Positions 40,700-54,951 of a stretch of 64,000 bases of DNA are shown here, in pieces. The notes under the pieces were generated by a model. The model searched no databases, had not been told where the DNA came from, and saw only the letters and a program-made list of their open reading frames with translations. The stretch is from the NCBI GenBank assembly GCA_964016885.1, contig OZ024746.1, forward strand, positions 71,920,001 to 71,984,000, in the 5' to 3' direction. Source of the DNA: Eledone cirrhosa (taxonomy: Eukaryota). The position numbers and the translations under genes are program-made. Every line of letters begins with the position of its first letter. Within the stretch, counting starts at the first letter, position 1.

Positions 40700-41536
40700 C
40701 TGTATATCTGTTGCTGTTGCAATATTTATCTGTCATCATGTTTGAGTGTGTCACCGGTTTCCATAGCAACGCCTTCGAAGCCACAAATTCTACACAGTAC
40801 ATGTCCTTGTTTGGTGCCACATTACGCACAAAACGAATAACAAGATCTTGGGGTGGTTGGTCTGTTCCAAGTGCCAGGCATACCCTCTCTTCAATGTCTA
40901 CTTCAGGACTGTCTCCCTTGTAGAAGCAGTAGCAGTAGACACGGGGCAGATGACACGCCCTCTGTTCCAGCAGAGATGCTATGGGGCTGGTGGCAGCAAT
41001 GTCACTAAACATTGACTGAAACACATCCAGGAATTCAACAGCAATGGCCGGCAGATTCATGACAACGTGGAACACCGGAGAAGTCAAATTTTTTGAGTTG
41101 TCATCGGAACTGTCACTTTCTCTGCAAGCACTAACATCCTCAAGACGAACACCACCACTGCTTCCAATGCCAACACACCTAACATTAATACAAACATCAC
41201 CAGGACTAACATCACCAGGACTACCATCACCGATATTGCCAGCATTGTGATTAGCCTTTGTATTAATCAACTGTAACCACCGACAACACATATCCTCCTT
41301 CACACTGTCCCTGATGAACTTGCGACCATCTAGGTTGTAGGCACAAAAGTCAGTTTTGATCCTGTTCATGGCTGCATTGTGCACAAGGGATTTGTATGAC
41401 TCTGGGTTCAAATCATTGGCAAGCACAACACAGCCCTTCTTGGCTGCAGGGATTGCAAATGGACCTACACCAGCAAACACATCATACACCACATCACCTC
41501 TCTGTAATTTAGACACAATTCTCTCGTGTTCGATGG
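40700..41536 (-). CDS. TRMT5: TRMT5 coding exon 4 (SAM-binding domain)
   Basis: DVFAGVGPFAIPAAKKGC.VLANDLNP, NLDGRKFI, HVVMNLP and VRNVAPNKDMYC motifs; ttccag acceptor and G|gtgagt donor. Confidence 0.96.
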
Positions 41537-44405
41537 CTGGAAAATGAAAAAAAAACAAAAAACAAGGCCAGATTCAAAATATAACAAGAACAGCAAAAAC
41601 AAATGTTTTAAGGCAATTTTCTCTGCTTAAGCAGAGGTTAGCTTTTCAAACATCATGACAGGTTTCATACTCATGGGGTTTCTTTTGGGGTTTCATATTC
41701 ATCGGGTCTCTTCCTGGTCTGAACCCTTTTAGTCACTGTTTAAAACACACAAGGATATGGTGTGCCTCTTCTAAACAGAATACACACTGCTTAGGTTCAA
41801 TATGCACTTCCCACATATTCACAAACTAATCTGAAGAAACATTCAACACATTAAATCTACTCAAATGAACACAAAAGGACATTTTTCTCAACTTGTGTGA
41901 TCAGCATGTGGTCAGTTATCATCGTTATTTAATGTTGGCTCTTTCACTGGGTTAGAGAGGTCGTCACGGTACCTAATTTGAGTTAGATAGCCCAGGTGCC
42001 ATGTCTCACCTCTTTCATTTGGTTAGACAAGTTGTTACAGTATATAATTGGAGTTATTGTCCTCTTAGACAGTCCAGGAACCATACATTCCAGTTTAGGT
42101 ATGGATTTTACAGCTGAATGCCCTTCCTACCACCAACCAATTTACAGAATAAACTCCTGATTTCCCTGCATCCCCTGCCAGCATGCACTCGACTCCCTCT
42201 CCCACACACCTTCCACTCTAAACCCAAAGAAGCAGAGTAGTGGAACAACATTCAAGTTACTACCTGCAAGTATACTCCTGGTTTCCCAGCCCTCTCTTCC
42301 TCGTCCAACCCATGCTAGCATGGAAAACTAAGAGGAACCTTCTTTAATTCACCTGCCCCGCCTAATCCATCTCCCCTCACCCCAGCACACTCACATTCCT
42401 GTTCAACCCAGACCTACACCCCATCACCACCAGGACCACTGAAAGCCAAGCATACACCACAATATGTTTGACAACACTTGCATGAAAGCCACTTCCATAA
42501 CCCTGCAATTCTTATACCACAGTGAGATCTGTCCCCCATTTCCTGCAGCAAGTAGTATATAGTCTACACCACTCTCAATTTGGGCCAATACAAAAAGCCA
42601 GGCATATGTTACAATGTTAAACACCATTCACTTGCTTCAGGGTCACTGCCATGACCCAGTACTTCTCCACTTCCTCCACTCCGACCCAGCAAGTACTCTG
42701 CACCTCTCTCATTTATACATTCATCAGTCCCCACCCACATCAATATCTCACCAGTCTGACCAGGCTAGCTACAGTTCATGACAACCCCGTCTAACTACTG
42801 GAAAATTCATTAAATGATGATGGTGGACTTTATTATGGCACCAGCATTCGGGATGCCGCTCAGCCAGATTTTGTTACACTTTTTTGACCATAGATTCCTA
42901 TCCAATAAATTCAATTATTCGTAGTCACTCTGTTAGCACGCAAAAAAAAAAAATAAATAAATGTTTCTATTTCAAGGGAGAGAACCGTAATATTCTTATG
43001 TACGAGTTACCTCCCATTATATTTTTTTCAAATCCCGCCGAGGTTGACTTTGCCTTTCATCCTTACGGGGTAGATAAAATAAAGTACCAGTAATGCACTG
43101 GGTAATTGCTGGCCTTGTGCCTAAAGTAGAAACAATTATATTTTTTTTAATTAACGTAAAAAATTGATATTTGTGTACAATCTATCAACTAATTATAATT
43201 GCGGATTAGCAGTATCGGTAGAGCGTCGGACAACATGCTTTGCGCCATATAATTAGATCACTTGACGGTCTGAGTTCAAATCGCACCGAGCCTAGCTTTG
43301 CCTTTCATCCTTACGGGGTCGATAAAAATAAAGTACCAATAAGACATTGGGGTCAATTTAATTGACTTTCCCCTCCTCCAAAGTTGTTGGCTTTGTGCTT
43401 AAATCAGAAACCATTATTATCACCATTGGCAGTATCGGTAGAGGGTCGGACGCCATGCTTTCTAGCATAGTTACGTCCCTTTATGGTCTGAGTTCAAATC
43501 CCGCCGAGGTTAACTTTGCCTTTCATCCTTACAGGATTGATAAAATAAAGTACCAGTAATGTACTGGGTATTTGCTGGTCTTGTGCCTAAAGTAGAAACA
43601 ATTATTATCACCATTCCTGAAATTGGCACAAAGCTAGAAATTTCAGTACCTGACTAATTAATTCCTACATTTTGCACAAGGCATGCAATTTGAGGGTAAA
43701 AAAACAGTTAAGTTAAACTAAGTTCAGTACTTGAGTGATACTTTATTTTATTGACACCAGAAGGTTGAAAGACAAAGCTGACTCAAACTCAGAATATAAA
43801 GAACCATAACAAATACCACAAAGCATTTTGTCTGTGATCCAATAATTCTACCAATCAAATGCCTCTTTTAATGGTTTCTAATTTAGACACAAGGTCAGCA
43901 GTTCAAAGGAGGGGAAAGTTGACCCCAGAAAGATGAATGGCAAAGTTGACAATGGCAGGATTTGAGCTCAGAATATTATAATAATGATTTCTAATATAAG
44001 CACAAGGCCAGTAATTTAGAGGGAAAGGGAAAGTCAGTTGTATCGACCCCAGTACTTAACTGGTATTTCATTTTATCAACCCCAACCACAGAAGAATGAA
44101 AGGCAAAGTTAATCTCAGCAGGATTGGAACTCAGAACATTATAATGATTTATTTATTTAATAATGGTTTCTGATTTAGGCACAAGGGAGTGGAAAGTTGA
44201 TTAAATCAACCCCAGTGTATTACTGGTACTTTATTTTATTGACCCCATAAGGATGAAAGGCGATTTGAACTCAGAACATAAAAGGCTGTAGCTATATGCT
44301 GCAAAGCATGTTGTCTGACACTCTACCGATATGGCCAATCCACTGCCATTTTTTAACATTATAATAATGCCAACAACATTACAACAGATGAATAAAATGA
44401 CTTAC

Positions 44406-44594
44406 AAAGTCTGGAATTCCAGTAAACTTTTGAGAAATCAAACTGATAGACACACTTGTTTTCCCGAACTGTGGCATAAAAATCTTCTTCACCTGCCAAC
44501 AACTCCATCTGGAAATTCCGGAAGGTATTATCAATAGTATTGAGCTTGTTAACCACTGTCCTTACACTGGGAATTTTGTCCAAAAGTACTTGAC
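44406..44594 (-). CDS. TRMT5: TRMT5 coding exon 3
   Basis: [31 protein letters not shown]...[12 protein letters not shown]; tttcag acceptor and gtaagt donor. Confidence 0.96.
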
Positions 44595-45090
44595 CTGAAA
44601 ATCAGAAAAGAAAAAATAAGTCAGATGTTTTAACTGTTTTCTTAACAATCTACATGAAATCAACCCAGGTTCTTCTATGATATAAAACTGTTTATTTTAA
44701 GGTGTTTATATTTATTTTAAAATCTTCCATCATAAATTTATGTAAGAACCTTAGTTAAGTTATGTTCCAAATGCTAGATAATAAATGAAATATGTTAATG
44801 TATGAGCTATAGTGTTTAACATCATTTAACTACTGTTTTCTCCACTAGAAAATGTTTGGGCATTTACCTAAAAACTTTCCAGCATAATTTTATATACACA
44901 CACTACTGTACTGTATGGTGCAGTTGAATGAAAGTACTAGAAGATTTTGTGACCCCAGGGGTGAAGTAGATGAAATACTGGCTACTGACATCTCTGTCAT
45001 TGACTCTTAACAGCCTGTAATGATTTAGTAGAAAATAACTAAAATGGTTTGTTAATTCAAATGCTTATGGTGTCATTATTATTAATATTA

Positions 45091-45740
45091 CTAGCAGAAA
45101 AACCACCCTTTGAGGTGGTTTTCTGCTAGCATGTGTAGTGTGTATTATACGCAAGTATATATACATGTCGATATGATACGTCAAATAAAATCGTAATTGA
45201 CAATATACACAGAAATTGAAGAGAGACTGTGTTACACTGTCTTACATAATCAGTAATGTAATCCATGATACATTAAAAAAAAGACGATATTATATATCTG
45301 CTAGCATGTGTAGTGTGTATATTGATATTATACGCAAGTATATATGCATGTAGGTATGATACATCAAATAAAATCGTAATTGACAATATATAATACATAG
45401 AAATTGAACGTTACACTATCTTATTTAATCAGTAACGTAATCTATGATACATTAAAAAAAGATAATATTATATATAAACTGCATTAGGAGAAAATTAGTG
45501 ACAGAAAATTAATGTTTATTTAAGCGATGGCCAACCGGAAGTGTTGACATTTCACAAATTTTAAAGAAGTGAATCTTTAAATAAATAATAAAATATATTT
45601 AATGAACAGCCACGAAATTTAGTAGTATTATGTAATATTCATTCATTATTTATTCAAAGTAATCCAACTTATTTTACTAAGGGGATAAAAAATTATAAAC
45701 CGTATGCAGTCCCACGCTTCTTACTTTATTATAGTTTAGA
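45091..45740 (-). mobile_element. Non-autonomous Helitron with an internal duplication of about 170 bp
   Basis: 5' A|TCTAAACTATAATAAAG; 3' hairpin ccacctcaaagggtgg plus tttttctgCTAG|T; duplicated blocks at about 45122-45295 and 45298-45475. Confidence 0.7.
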
Positions 45741-46125
45741 TTAATATTGCAAATTTTCACAAAGACTAAGTTATATTTAAAAAATCAGCTTAATAATGAG
45801 AAAGTTATGTAACTAAATCCCTCCAAATTTTCAAAATAATTTAAAAATCATAAGTAGTCTTTCATAAGAAATATGATAATGAAAACTTCCTTGCTAAAGT
45901 AAAGGTCAGCCTTGAGTGTTTTATGTTAGACATCATATTAATCATGAGCTTCTTTTTGAAGCAATGTTGTACAGCCAGATGCCTTTCCTAACGTCAACAC
46001 TATTAGTCAACTCTTACAAAACTGGATACACACAGCTAAATAATAATAAGGATTTCTAATTTTGGAACAAAGCCACTACTAAATAATAATAATAATGATA
46101 ATAATAATAATGGTTTCTACTAGAG

Positions 46126-48397
46126 CAGGGGTCACCAAACTACGGCCAGCGGGCCGGATCAGGCCCGCAATGTCAGTTCATCAGGCCCGCCGACGGTACT
46201 TGCATTTGAGTGATAAAACGGATGGAACATGAGATGTTTCTAATTCAATGTCTTTTTCATTTTCAGATCCCATTTTCTTCACCCTTTATTATGGCTACTA
46301 AGAAAAAAAAAGTGGACGCCAAGTGTTGCGTTTTCAATGAAGAATGGGGAGTAAAGTACTTCTTTGTGGAAACAAAGAACCAGAAAGCTAGTTGCGTGGA
46401 ATGCAGCGGAAGTGTTGCCGTTTTGAAAGAGTACAATCTTCGGCGTCACTATGAAACAAAACATCTATCACCATATTCAAAGTTTTCTGGAAATTTACGC
46501 GCTGAGAAATATGAGTTCATGAAACATGTTTTAGAATCTCAAAGAAATCTCTTCACGAGAAAGTTTGCTGAAAATGAATCTGTCATTCGTACAAGTTACA
46601 AAATAGTGCATAAGTTGGTAGAGCGAGGAAAATCATTTACTGATGGCAACTTCATCAAAGAGTGTATGATGGAAGCAGCAAATGACTTGTGTTCTGAGAA
46701 AGCTGATTTGTTTGGAAGTATCAGCCTTTCGGCAAGTTCAGTTGTGCGGAGAACAGAAGAACTTGGACAGAACATAGTGCTACAGATATGCGAGAAAGCT
46801 AGGAACTTGTGGTATTCTCTGCCGCTGGATGAGTCTACTGATCTCTCGAGTACGTCACAACTTCTCGTGTTCATTTGTGGTGTCAATTTGGACTTTCAGA
46901 TAACGAAAGAGTTGGCATCCGTTTGCTGCATGCATGGAACAACAACTGGAAAAGACATTTTCATGGAAGTGCAGAAAACTTTGCAAGACTATAACCTTCA
47001 GTGGAATCAGCTTCGAGGTGTTATAGTTGATGGAGGAAAAAACATGGCTGGAGTGAGGACGGGTCTGGTCGGGCAGATCAGGACTCAGTTGGAAGATTTG
47101 CAAATTCCGGGCGCTCTGTTCATACACTGCATCATACATCAGCAAGCACTCTGTGGGAAAGACTTGGATATTTCTTGTGTACTGAAATCAATCGTTTCTG
47201 CTGTGAACTTTATTCGGGGATATGCACTCAATCACCGTCAGTTCCAGGCTTTTCTTGAAGAAATTGATTCTGATTTCTGTGACTTGTCTTATCACACAGG
47301 AGTGAGGTGGCTCAGCTGCGGTAAAGTCCTGTTTCGTTTTTACAAGCTCTGAAACGAAATAGATGTTTTTCTCACTGAAAAAGACAGAGCTGATCCACAG
47401 CTGTCAGATCCTACCTGGCTGTCAAAGTTGTCATTTTTGGTCGACATCACATCCCAAATGAATGAATTGAACTTGAAACTTCAGGGAAAGGATAACCTCG
47501 TCTGTGATCTCTACAGAATCATCAAAGGATTTCGGAGAAAGCTGTCATTGTTTGAAGCACAACTGGAAGGAGAAAACTTCTCTCATTTTCACTGTTTCAA
47601 AGAGTTTTGCGCTACAATTGCTGAAGATGTCAACCTCGATTTTCCTAAAAAGATTATTCGAGACTTGAAGAAGCATTTTTTGGAGAGATTTTCAGATCTT
47701 GACAGAATTGAGAGTGACATCCTTCTGTTCCAGAATCCGTTTGATTGTAACCTTGATGATGTGCCAGTTGAACTACAGTTGGAGCTCATTGATTTGCAAG
47801 CAAATGACTTGTTGAAAGAGAAGCACAGAGAAGGAAAACTTGTTGAATTTTACCGCTTCCTACCTGATGTTGTGTTTCTGAAATTGAAGAAATTTGCCAC
47901 TAGTATGGCATCATTGTTTGGAACAACTTATGTCTGTGAGCAAACATTTTCAAAAATGAAGTATGTGAGGTCAACACATCGAACGAGATTGACTGATGAA
48001 CATTTGAAAACAATTCTCTTGATTGGATGCAGCAATTCCAAACCAAACATTGATGATATCTTGAAAGCCAAACGTCAGTTTCACAAATCTCACTAACCTT
48101 TTTTGCTGCTTAGTTTGTAAGATTCGGATATGTGCACACTAGGTCTGATGTAACTATATTTTTGCTAATGTCGCCTTCTTTGATAACCTTTTAGTAAATA
48201 AATATGTTGGTTGTCTTTGTTTTTTGTGCATTGCACGCCACTCACCCATTAACATGGAATGCTAAACGTAGTGTTTCGTCTTTTTCCCCAGAGCTTTTGT
48301 TCTGGCTTGCAAGTATTGAACAGAATGATTATGCGGCCCGCGCTCGTTATTCTTTCAGTTATCCGGCCCACTGTGAAAAAAGTTTGGTGACCCCCTG
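46126..48397 (+). mobile_element. Full-length hAT transposon of the Buster/SPIN/Charlie group
   Basis: TIRs caggggtcaccaaact / agtttggtgaccccctg; perfect 8-bp TSD tactagag at 46118-46125 and 48398-48405 with a central TA; subterminal ggccc repeats. Confidence 0.95.
46291..48096 (+). pseudogene. hAT transposase (GTF2IRD2/SPIN-like), about 601 codons, with a single in-frame TGA at 47350-47352
   Basis: BED-like C..C...NLRRHYETKH, LDESTD, DGGKNM, HCIIHQ, VRWLS and TYVCEQTFS motifs. The two listed ORFs are in the same frame. Confidence 0.93.
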
Positions 48398-49003
48398 TAC
48401 TAGAGGCACAAAGCCAGCAATTTGGTGGGAGGGAAAAGTCGATTAAATTGACCCCCAGTGCATTAATGGTGCTTTATTTTATTGATCACATAAGGATGAA
48501 AGCAAAGTTAATCTCGGCAGGATTTGAACTCAGAACGTAAAGGGCCATAACTCTGTGTTGCAACGAATGTGTTGTTGTTGGTACCCTGGGAATGATCAAG
48601 AAAAGTACCAACAAATTCTTTGACCAGACCTCAGGGAAACCAACAATCTACGAGGTTCAAAAGATTGAGCTGACTTCAACCGCTCACTTTCTCTCCATCT
48701 AGCGTACATACATGCCTTATGTTTCTGGTTGAAACCCGGCCAAAAGATGAAATAACATGGAAATCGTACGAAAATTAAAAGTAATAATAATAATTGTTTC
48801 TACTTTAGGCACAAGGCCAGCAATTACCCAGTGCATTACTGGTACTTTATTTTATCGAGCCCGTAAGGATGAAAGGCAAAGTCAACCTCGGCAGGATTTG
48901 AACTCAGATCGTAAAGGGACGTAACTATGCTGGAAAGCATGGTGTCCGACCCTCTACCGATACTGCCAAAAGTAATAATAATAATAATAATAATAATAAT
49001 TAC

Positions 49004-49388
49004 CTATAATATACTTATAAGGTAGGGTCTCATCTCTCAGGTTCAAATGAGCAATATGTCCCACATTGCTGAAACCAGAAACATTATCACAATCTTTTGG
49101 AAGGATAGCTCGTAGAATATCGGCAGCATTCCAGTTATCATAGTTCAACACAATCTCTGCCCAGAACAGAGCTGTCGCAACATTAACCCCGGCTTCGAGC
49201 AGCAGCTGACGGTCATCTGTGGAGAAACAATTAGCATCTCTGTACTTGGACGGGTTGAACAGAAACAGTCGGAAGTCTTCATGATGTGGGTCAGACTCAG
49301 ATAGCTCAGCAATAGGCTTGATTTTCTTAAAATGGGCCAGAGATTTCTTCAGATGCTTGCTTAGCAATGAGATGTGTTTCCGTGGTAC
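49004..49388 (-). CDS. TRMT5: TRMT5 coding exon 2
   Basis: LNYDNW.AADILRAILP...SGFSNVGHIAHLNLRD..LPYKYIIG; ttgcag acceptor and G|gtaatt donor. Confidence 0.96.
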
Positions 49389-50399
49389 CTGCAATAATAA
49401 TGATGATGATGATAATGATTTCTTTTATTTTAATAACAAAGATTTCTTTTATGTACAAAACATATACTCAGGACACCCTGTTAAATGGTTGGTGATCCAG
49501 TTGTATAAATCAAGCCAAAAAAGGAAGTTTTTGAGGACATGTCAGTTGTGTCAAGGGCATGACAGGCTCTATAGTATTGGTGACACAATAAAATGCACCC
49601 GGCACACTCTGTAAAGTAGTTGATGACAGGAAAGACATCCAGCTATAGAAAACTTACCAAACTAAGGGTCAAGAGAAGTCGTCTGTGTCAAAGACATGAT
49701 AACCTCCCTAGAGCTGGTGCAATGATAAAATGCACCCTGTGCACTATGTAGGGTGTAACATCATATGTAATTGAAATGTAGGCCCATCTGAAAAGTCAGT
49801 AGCCCCAATTAAGTACTGACTCAGTCTCTGACGACATGTCCACCCCTTGTTAGCAGGGAAAGTGGACATTGAATGACGATGATGATAATTACTTTCAATA
49901 CAATAGAAATAAGAACATCAAAAATAAAACTGCACAGTGGCAACACAATGAAAATAAGACTAATAATTATAATAATTCTTTCTAACATTCACACAAGGCT
50001 ATCAATTTGGGGGGAAAGGAAGTTGACTATATCAACCCCACTACTTAACTGGTACTTTATTCTATTGACCCCAGAAGAATGAAAGACAGAGTTCACCTTG
50101 GCAAGATTTAAACTCAGAACATAATAAAGAGCCAGAACAAATACTGCATAGCTACAGAGAACATTTATTATAAGAACAGCAGAGCATCCGAGGAAAAGGA
50201 AAAGAGTCAGAAAGATGGAGATATAAAAAAGAAATATATAGTAATAGAGAAAGAAAATGATAAATGAAAATGAATGGTGGGGAAGAGAGATAAATAACAC
50301 AAAGTCTGTGGTGAGTCTGAAGGGGATGAACAAAAGATTATTGCATAAAAATGAGAGTGGGAGGAAAAACAGGATTTATACACAAACAAACTTTCTCAA

Positions 50400-50560
50400 A
50401 TGTACATATATAAGATTTCATTACTAAGAGCACCTTTTTGAATTCCATGTGTCTAACACCCATGCTTACAAAATCATAAAACAGCACAGCTTCCATGACT
50501 TTTGGAAACATTTTTTCACGATAAGAGTTACTGAAGAATGGAACTACCTGCATCAGTTGT
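50400..50560 (+). mobile_element. CR1/L2-like LINE 3' end fragment
   Basis: HDFWKHFFTIRVTEEWNYL resembles the FFS.RV...WN.L terminus. Confidence 0.55.
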
Positions 50561-51691
50561 TAGCTGTTGGGACACTGCATCCTTCAAAACTTCCATGTTT
50601 CATGAAATTCGCCAATGCTACACCTGATATTCCCCCTCCATACACACGCATGCATGTGTGTGTCTGTGTGTGTATATCATGACTCATACACTGTTCACTT
50701 TCCTGACATTTATGCATTATTCTATGTACTATACATGCACCTTTGATGAGTTGTAGTGCACCTGAGCACTGTACACAGTAATTTTCATTATCATTATTAT
50801 CATTATCATGTTGGAAGATTTTAATTTAAATAGGAACCCTTTAAAATGGGTGGTTTTGTTTTATAGAACCAGAGCAGGTTTTGGTCAGACTGGTGTCAAA
50901 AGATTGTATGGTGTAATTTGAAGGTGATTTGGCTACTATTTCTAGTAGGCTGACCACCTAAAAGATCTCACTTTGTTGTTATGAAATGTAGTTTCTGAGA
51001 CACTGACTCCCTAAAACCCGAGTTTGTAACTAAAATGATTTTTCTCTTCATTATATCATCATCATCATCATTTATTGTGAATCAATAAGCATTCTTTTAC
51101 ATGGTTGCTCAACCTGCTAGAAATTGCAGAAAAATCTTTCTCCAATCACATGTTACTGTCTTATTTTGGATTCAAGATTCTTGTAGTTTGATAGTTTATC
51201 AAAGAGAGAGAATAAACAACATTCTCAATATGATGATTCCATGCTAATTTTGGTCAGAATTTGCGTTTTTATTTGAGAAATATCGGTCAAATTTTGCCAA
51301 TAAAAATTATATTGTGCAATGAATATTATTTTGTAGACTATTAAAGTCTGACATGATGTTTCCTTTTTAAAATTTTGAATACAATCAAATAATTTCTATA
51401 TGTTTATATTTTCACAAATAGAGCCAATTTGTTTTTGCTTTTTTTTTTCTCCCTCCTTCTAAAAAGTTTATTTACAGATGGTTTTAATGCAAGGAATTAG
51501 TTTTCACATCTTGTTTGTTTTTTTTTTAATCTAGGTTTGTGTTTCCTTAGCAATTAGTTCATCCATTTCTTGAAATTCTGGTTCAAACTGAATATTTGCA
51601 GCAGTGAGGTTTTAGTGCCATATACATATGTTCAACAAAGCAAATGAAAATAACAATAAGAATTTTCATTGTTTTAGTTTCAATCATTCAA

Positions 51692-52098
51692 CTAGTCTGC
51701 AGTGATATACCCAGCTTCACCCGGGTAAACAGATAAGAGAAGACTGACAGAAGAGAAAACAACTGTATTGGGTGTGTTGTCTGGTTTACAGTATTAATGT
51801 GCGTGTAAACCAGCATTCAAATCAGAGATGCTAGCTGTGAAACACGATCATCACTGACAACAAACACGCAGAGAGAATCCCTTATGGTTGTCTCCGAACC
51901 TGCTAGAAATAGCAGTCAGCTTGGTTAGCATACCCGAGATGTTTTTCTTCTTTGATTTTATAAAATTAGTATCAATAAATCTTCCTGGATGTAGCCTTAT
52001 TCCATTGTTGTACTTACTTTTTGATTGTCAGTTTTCGTTTTTGTGTGATGCGCAAAGGAATCAACCTACAAACATCTCTCTTTTATATTATATATAGA
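51692..52098 (-). mobile_element. Short non-autonomous Helitron
   Basis: 5' A|TCTATATATAATATAAAA; 3' hairpin acccgggtgaagctgggt followed by CTAG|T. Confidence 0.75.
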
Positions 52099-54848
52099 TT
52101 ATCAATCTCTATTTACTAAAAGACTACATTATGAGACAAAAACAAGATCATACATACTCACACACAGAATAATTAGTCTAAGTCTAAAGTCTGACTCGAG
52201 TCCGGAGACTCATCAAGCAGGCGCTTATCCCAGTTTCTGTGACATGAAGCAGCAGAAAATCTAAGGCTCCCTACTAGACAGGATGTCAGTCCATTGTAAT
52301 GATATACTATTGCTGAGTATACTGGAGGAGCAATGTAAAATAAAGTGCTTTGCTCAAAAACACAAACCAGTCCAGGAATTGAATCCACATGATTGACACT
52401 AAATATAAACACGTTTTAAATAATATATTTATGCATAGTTGCAATTATTATTCCAAAGAAATTGCCCTTTACTGAGCCATTTTTTTCCACAGCTAGTCTA
52501 CTATACATTTGAGAGCGTATGCATCTATGTATGTATGCAGCTGAAAGGCTCCAAAACAGTAAGGCCTAGAGAAAAACAGATTTGATTTTTGATTCATGGG
52601 GGATGAGCCACGAGGAATAAGTAACGGAGGAGACATGGAATAGAAAAAAATTGAAGAAAGGCATTCTATGGTAAAAATTGCACAGCAATGACAGGCTACT
52701 AGAATTGATGAAAGTAGAGCTTGTTTGAAAAATTTGACACTCTAGAGTCCAATCAAAGTTTTCAAACCCTCTATAAACATGAGGGTATATCTTGGTGGAG
52801 ACAAACAGGCAGGGTAATTCACACAAGATATCTTAATGTTTGGGGACAGAAGACTTTCCATAGATAGCAAGGGAGTTATTGATATAAGTACCATAGCCAT
52901 GATAGGTAGAATCCATACCTGATCTCATAGTGTTACTAAATGTTGAAGATCTGTTTGCAAGTCTCAAACGACTTAAATTTTCAGTGAGTCGTAGTTTTGC
53001 TATGACAATCAACAAATCGCAAGGGTTGTTGGTTTACAGCTTGAAGAGCCCTGCTTCATATTGGATGTTCAAGGGTAGAAAGTAAGAAAAATATTTTCAT
53101 CTATGCACCAAACGGAAAAGCAAAAAACATTGTTTATTGAGAATTGATAGATTGCATCAAATAATGCAGAAATCCATCCTGATCAAGAAGCCTATCTATT
53201 GAAGAAGACCTTACTGAAGAAAGAAAAGAATTCCTTTCATGTATAAATCTGGATACTTGCACTCCTAATAAATCAGCTTTACCTAAATCTACATCCCAAT
53301 AAATAATGGGTAATGAAGTACCGGGCTGACATGGAATAAAGAAAATAATTGAAGAAAGGTATTCTATGGTGAAAATTGCCTGGCAACGATGGGCTACCCT
53401 ACTAGTGATTAATAATTTTAATAAATTCCTCAAAGTTTTTCATATATTAATTGAAACAAAGTGTATTTCATTAGAAATATAGTTAGGAAAGAGATTTTTT
53501 AAAATGATTAAATATGATGATATGGTCCTAGATACACAGTATGTAAACAGCCCCCCCCCCCCCTCCTAAAAAAACTGGGGTGGTGTTGCCAGAAATGACT
53601 GTTATACATTAAGAAAGTTATGACAAAGTCTGGGAGTGGGTGAACTAAATTGTAGTAATGTCCAGAATAATATTGCATCGTAGAATGTCCTTGTTACCAA
53701 GGAGCCAAGCCGCACGACATACTAGAAATAGTAACCAAATCTCCCTCAGATCACACCCTACTATCATATATGTATATATATATATATATGAACAAGTGGA
53801 GGAGTCATCTACATGCCAGCTAGATATACTAGAAATAGCAGCCAATTCTCCCTCAAATTGCACCATACTGTCTTATGTATGTATATATTTATGTATGAGC
53901 AAATGAAAGCGTCTTCTACATGCTAGAAATAACAGCCAAAAATCCTTCAAATCACACCATACAGTCTTTAAAAAATAAAATATGGAGTTCGATTCGCAGA
54001 CAGTGAGATCACATAGATCCAGTCCACATAGAAAATAAGTAGTACCAGTAGCAGAAGTTGGTTTACTCCTGGGATGAACTGGCGTCTATCAATAAATCAC
54101 CCCCAGAAAGCTCATGTGTGCAACTTCGTAGAAGTCCAGCTAAACATACAAAGGAGTGAGTTGTAACAAAAACAAACAACATCAACAACAATTCAAAGAG
54201 AGTAGAGCATCTATGTGGTTGCTCGACCTATTATAATTAAAAATAGCAACCAAATCTGTTCGAATCATATAGAATGTCTCAGATTATATGATCCGAGATA
54301 TAGAAGAAAAAAAGGCAAAATAATCGCGATTTTGCTTATAGGATCAGAGTTGACCTAGGGATAAACAATAACAAGACCTAGCAAAAAAAAAACAAAAAAA
54401 ACAGACACGATTCTCTACTATCCGACTTATTATAATTAGACACAGCAGCCAAATTCCCTCGAATTACGCTCAAATATGTCTGTGCGACTCTAGATGTAGG
54501 AAGAAAACTAGGAACGATCATCATAACTACAACGTCTTTGTTTATTCGATAAGACTGACCAAGGGCTAAACAACAGCAACAACATTCTAACAAAGAATTA
54601 TATGACAAGAATTCTGATCAAAGTCCGGTAAATAATCGAAACATTTCATTTTGCTTTGAACTCATACAAATACACACCATAAACGAGAACGTCAACTGTC
54701 GTAAAATAACTCAACGTAAAATGTTTCGCAAGTCGAGCTTAGCAGCTTACCACGTAGAAGCTCCCTCGTTAGTAGTGGGTGTGTATATGTGTATGTATAT
54801 ATATATATATATATATATCTTTCTATATATACATACATACATATTCAT

Positions 54849-54951
<103 letters not shown>

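Noticed and set aside
46210-48096. Two separate host genes (GTF2IRD2/ZBED-like) or programmed readthrough
   Set aside because: Both ORFs are one transposase frame bounded by TIRs and a TSD; a CpG nonsense mutation is the simpler explanation.
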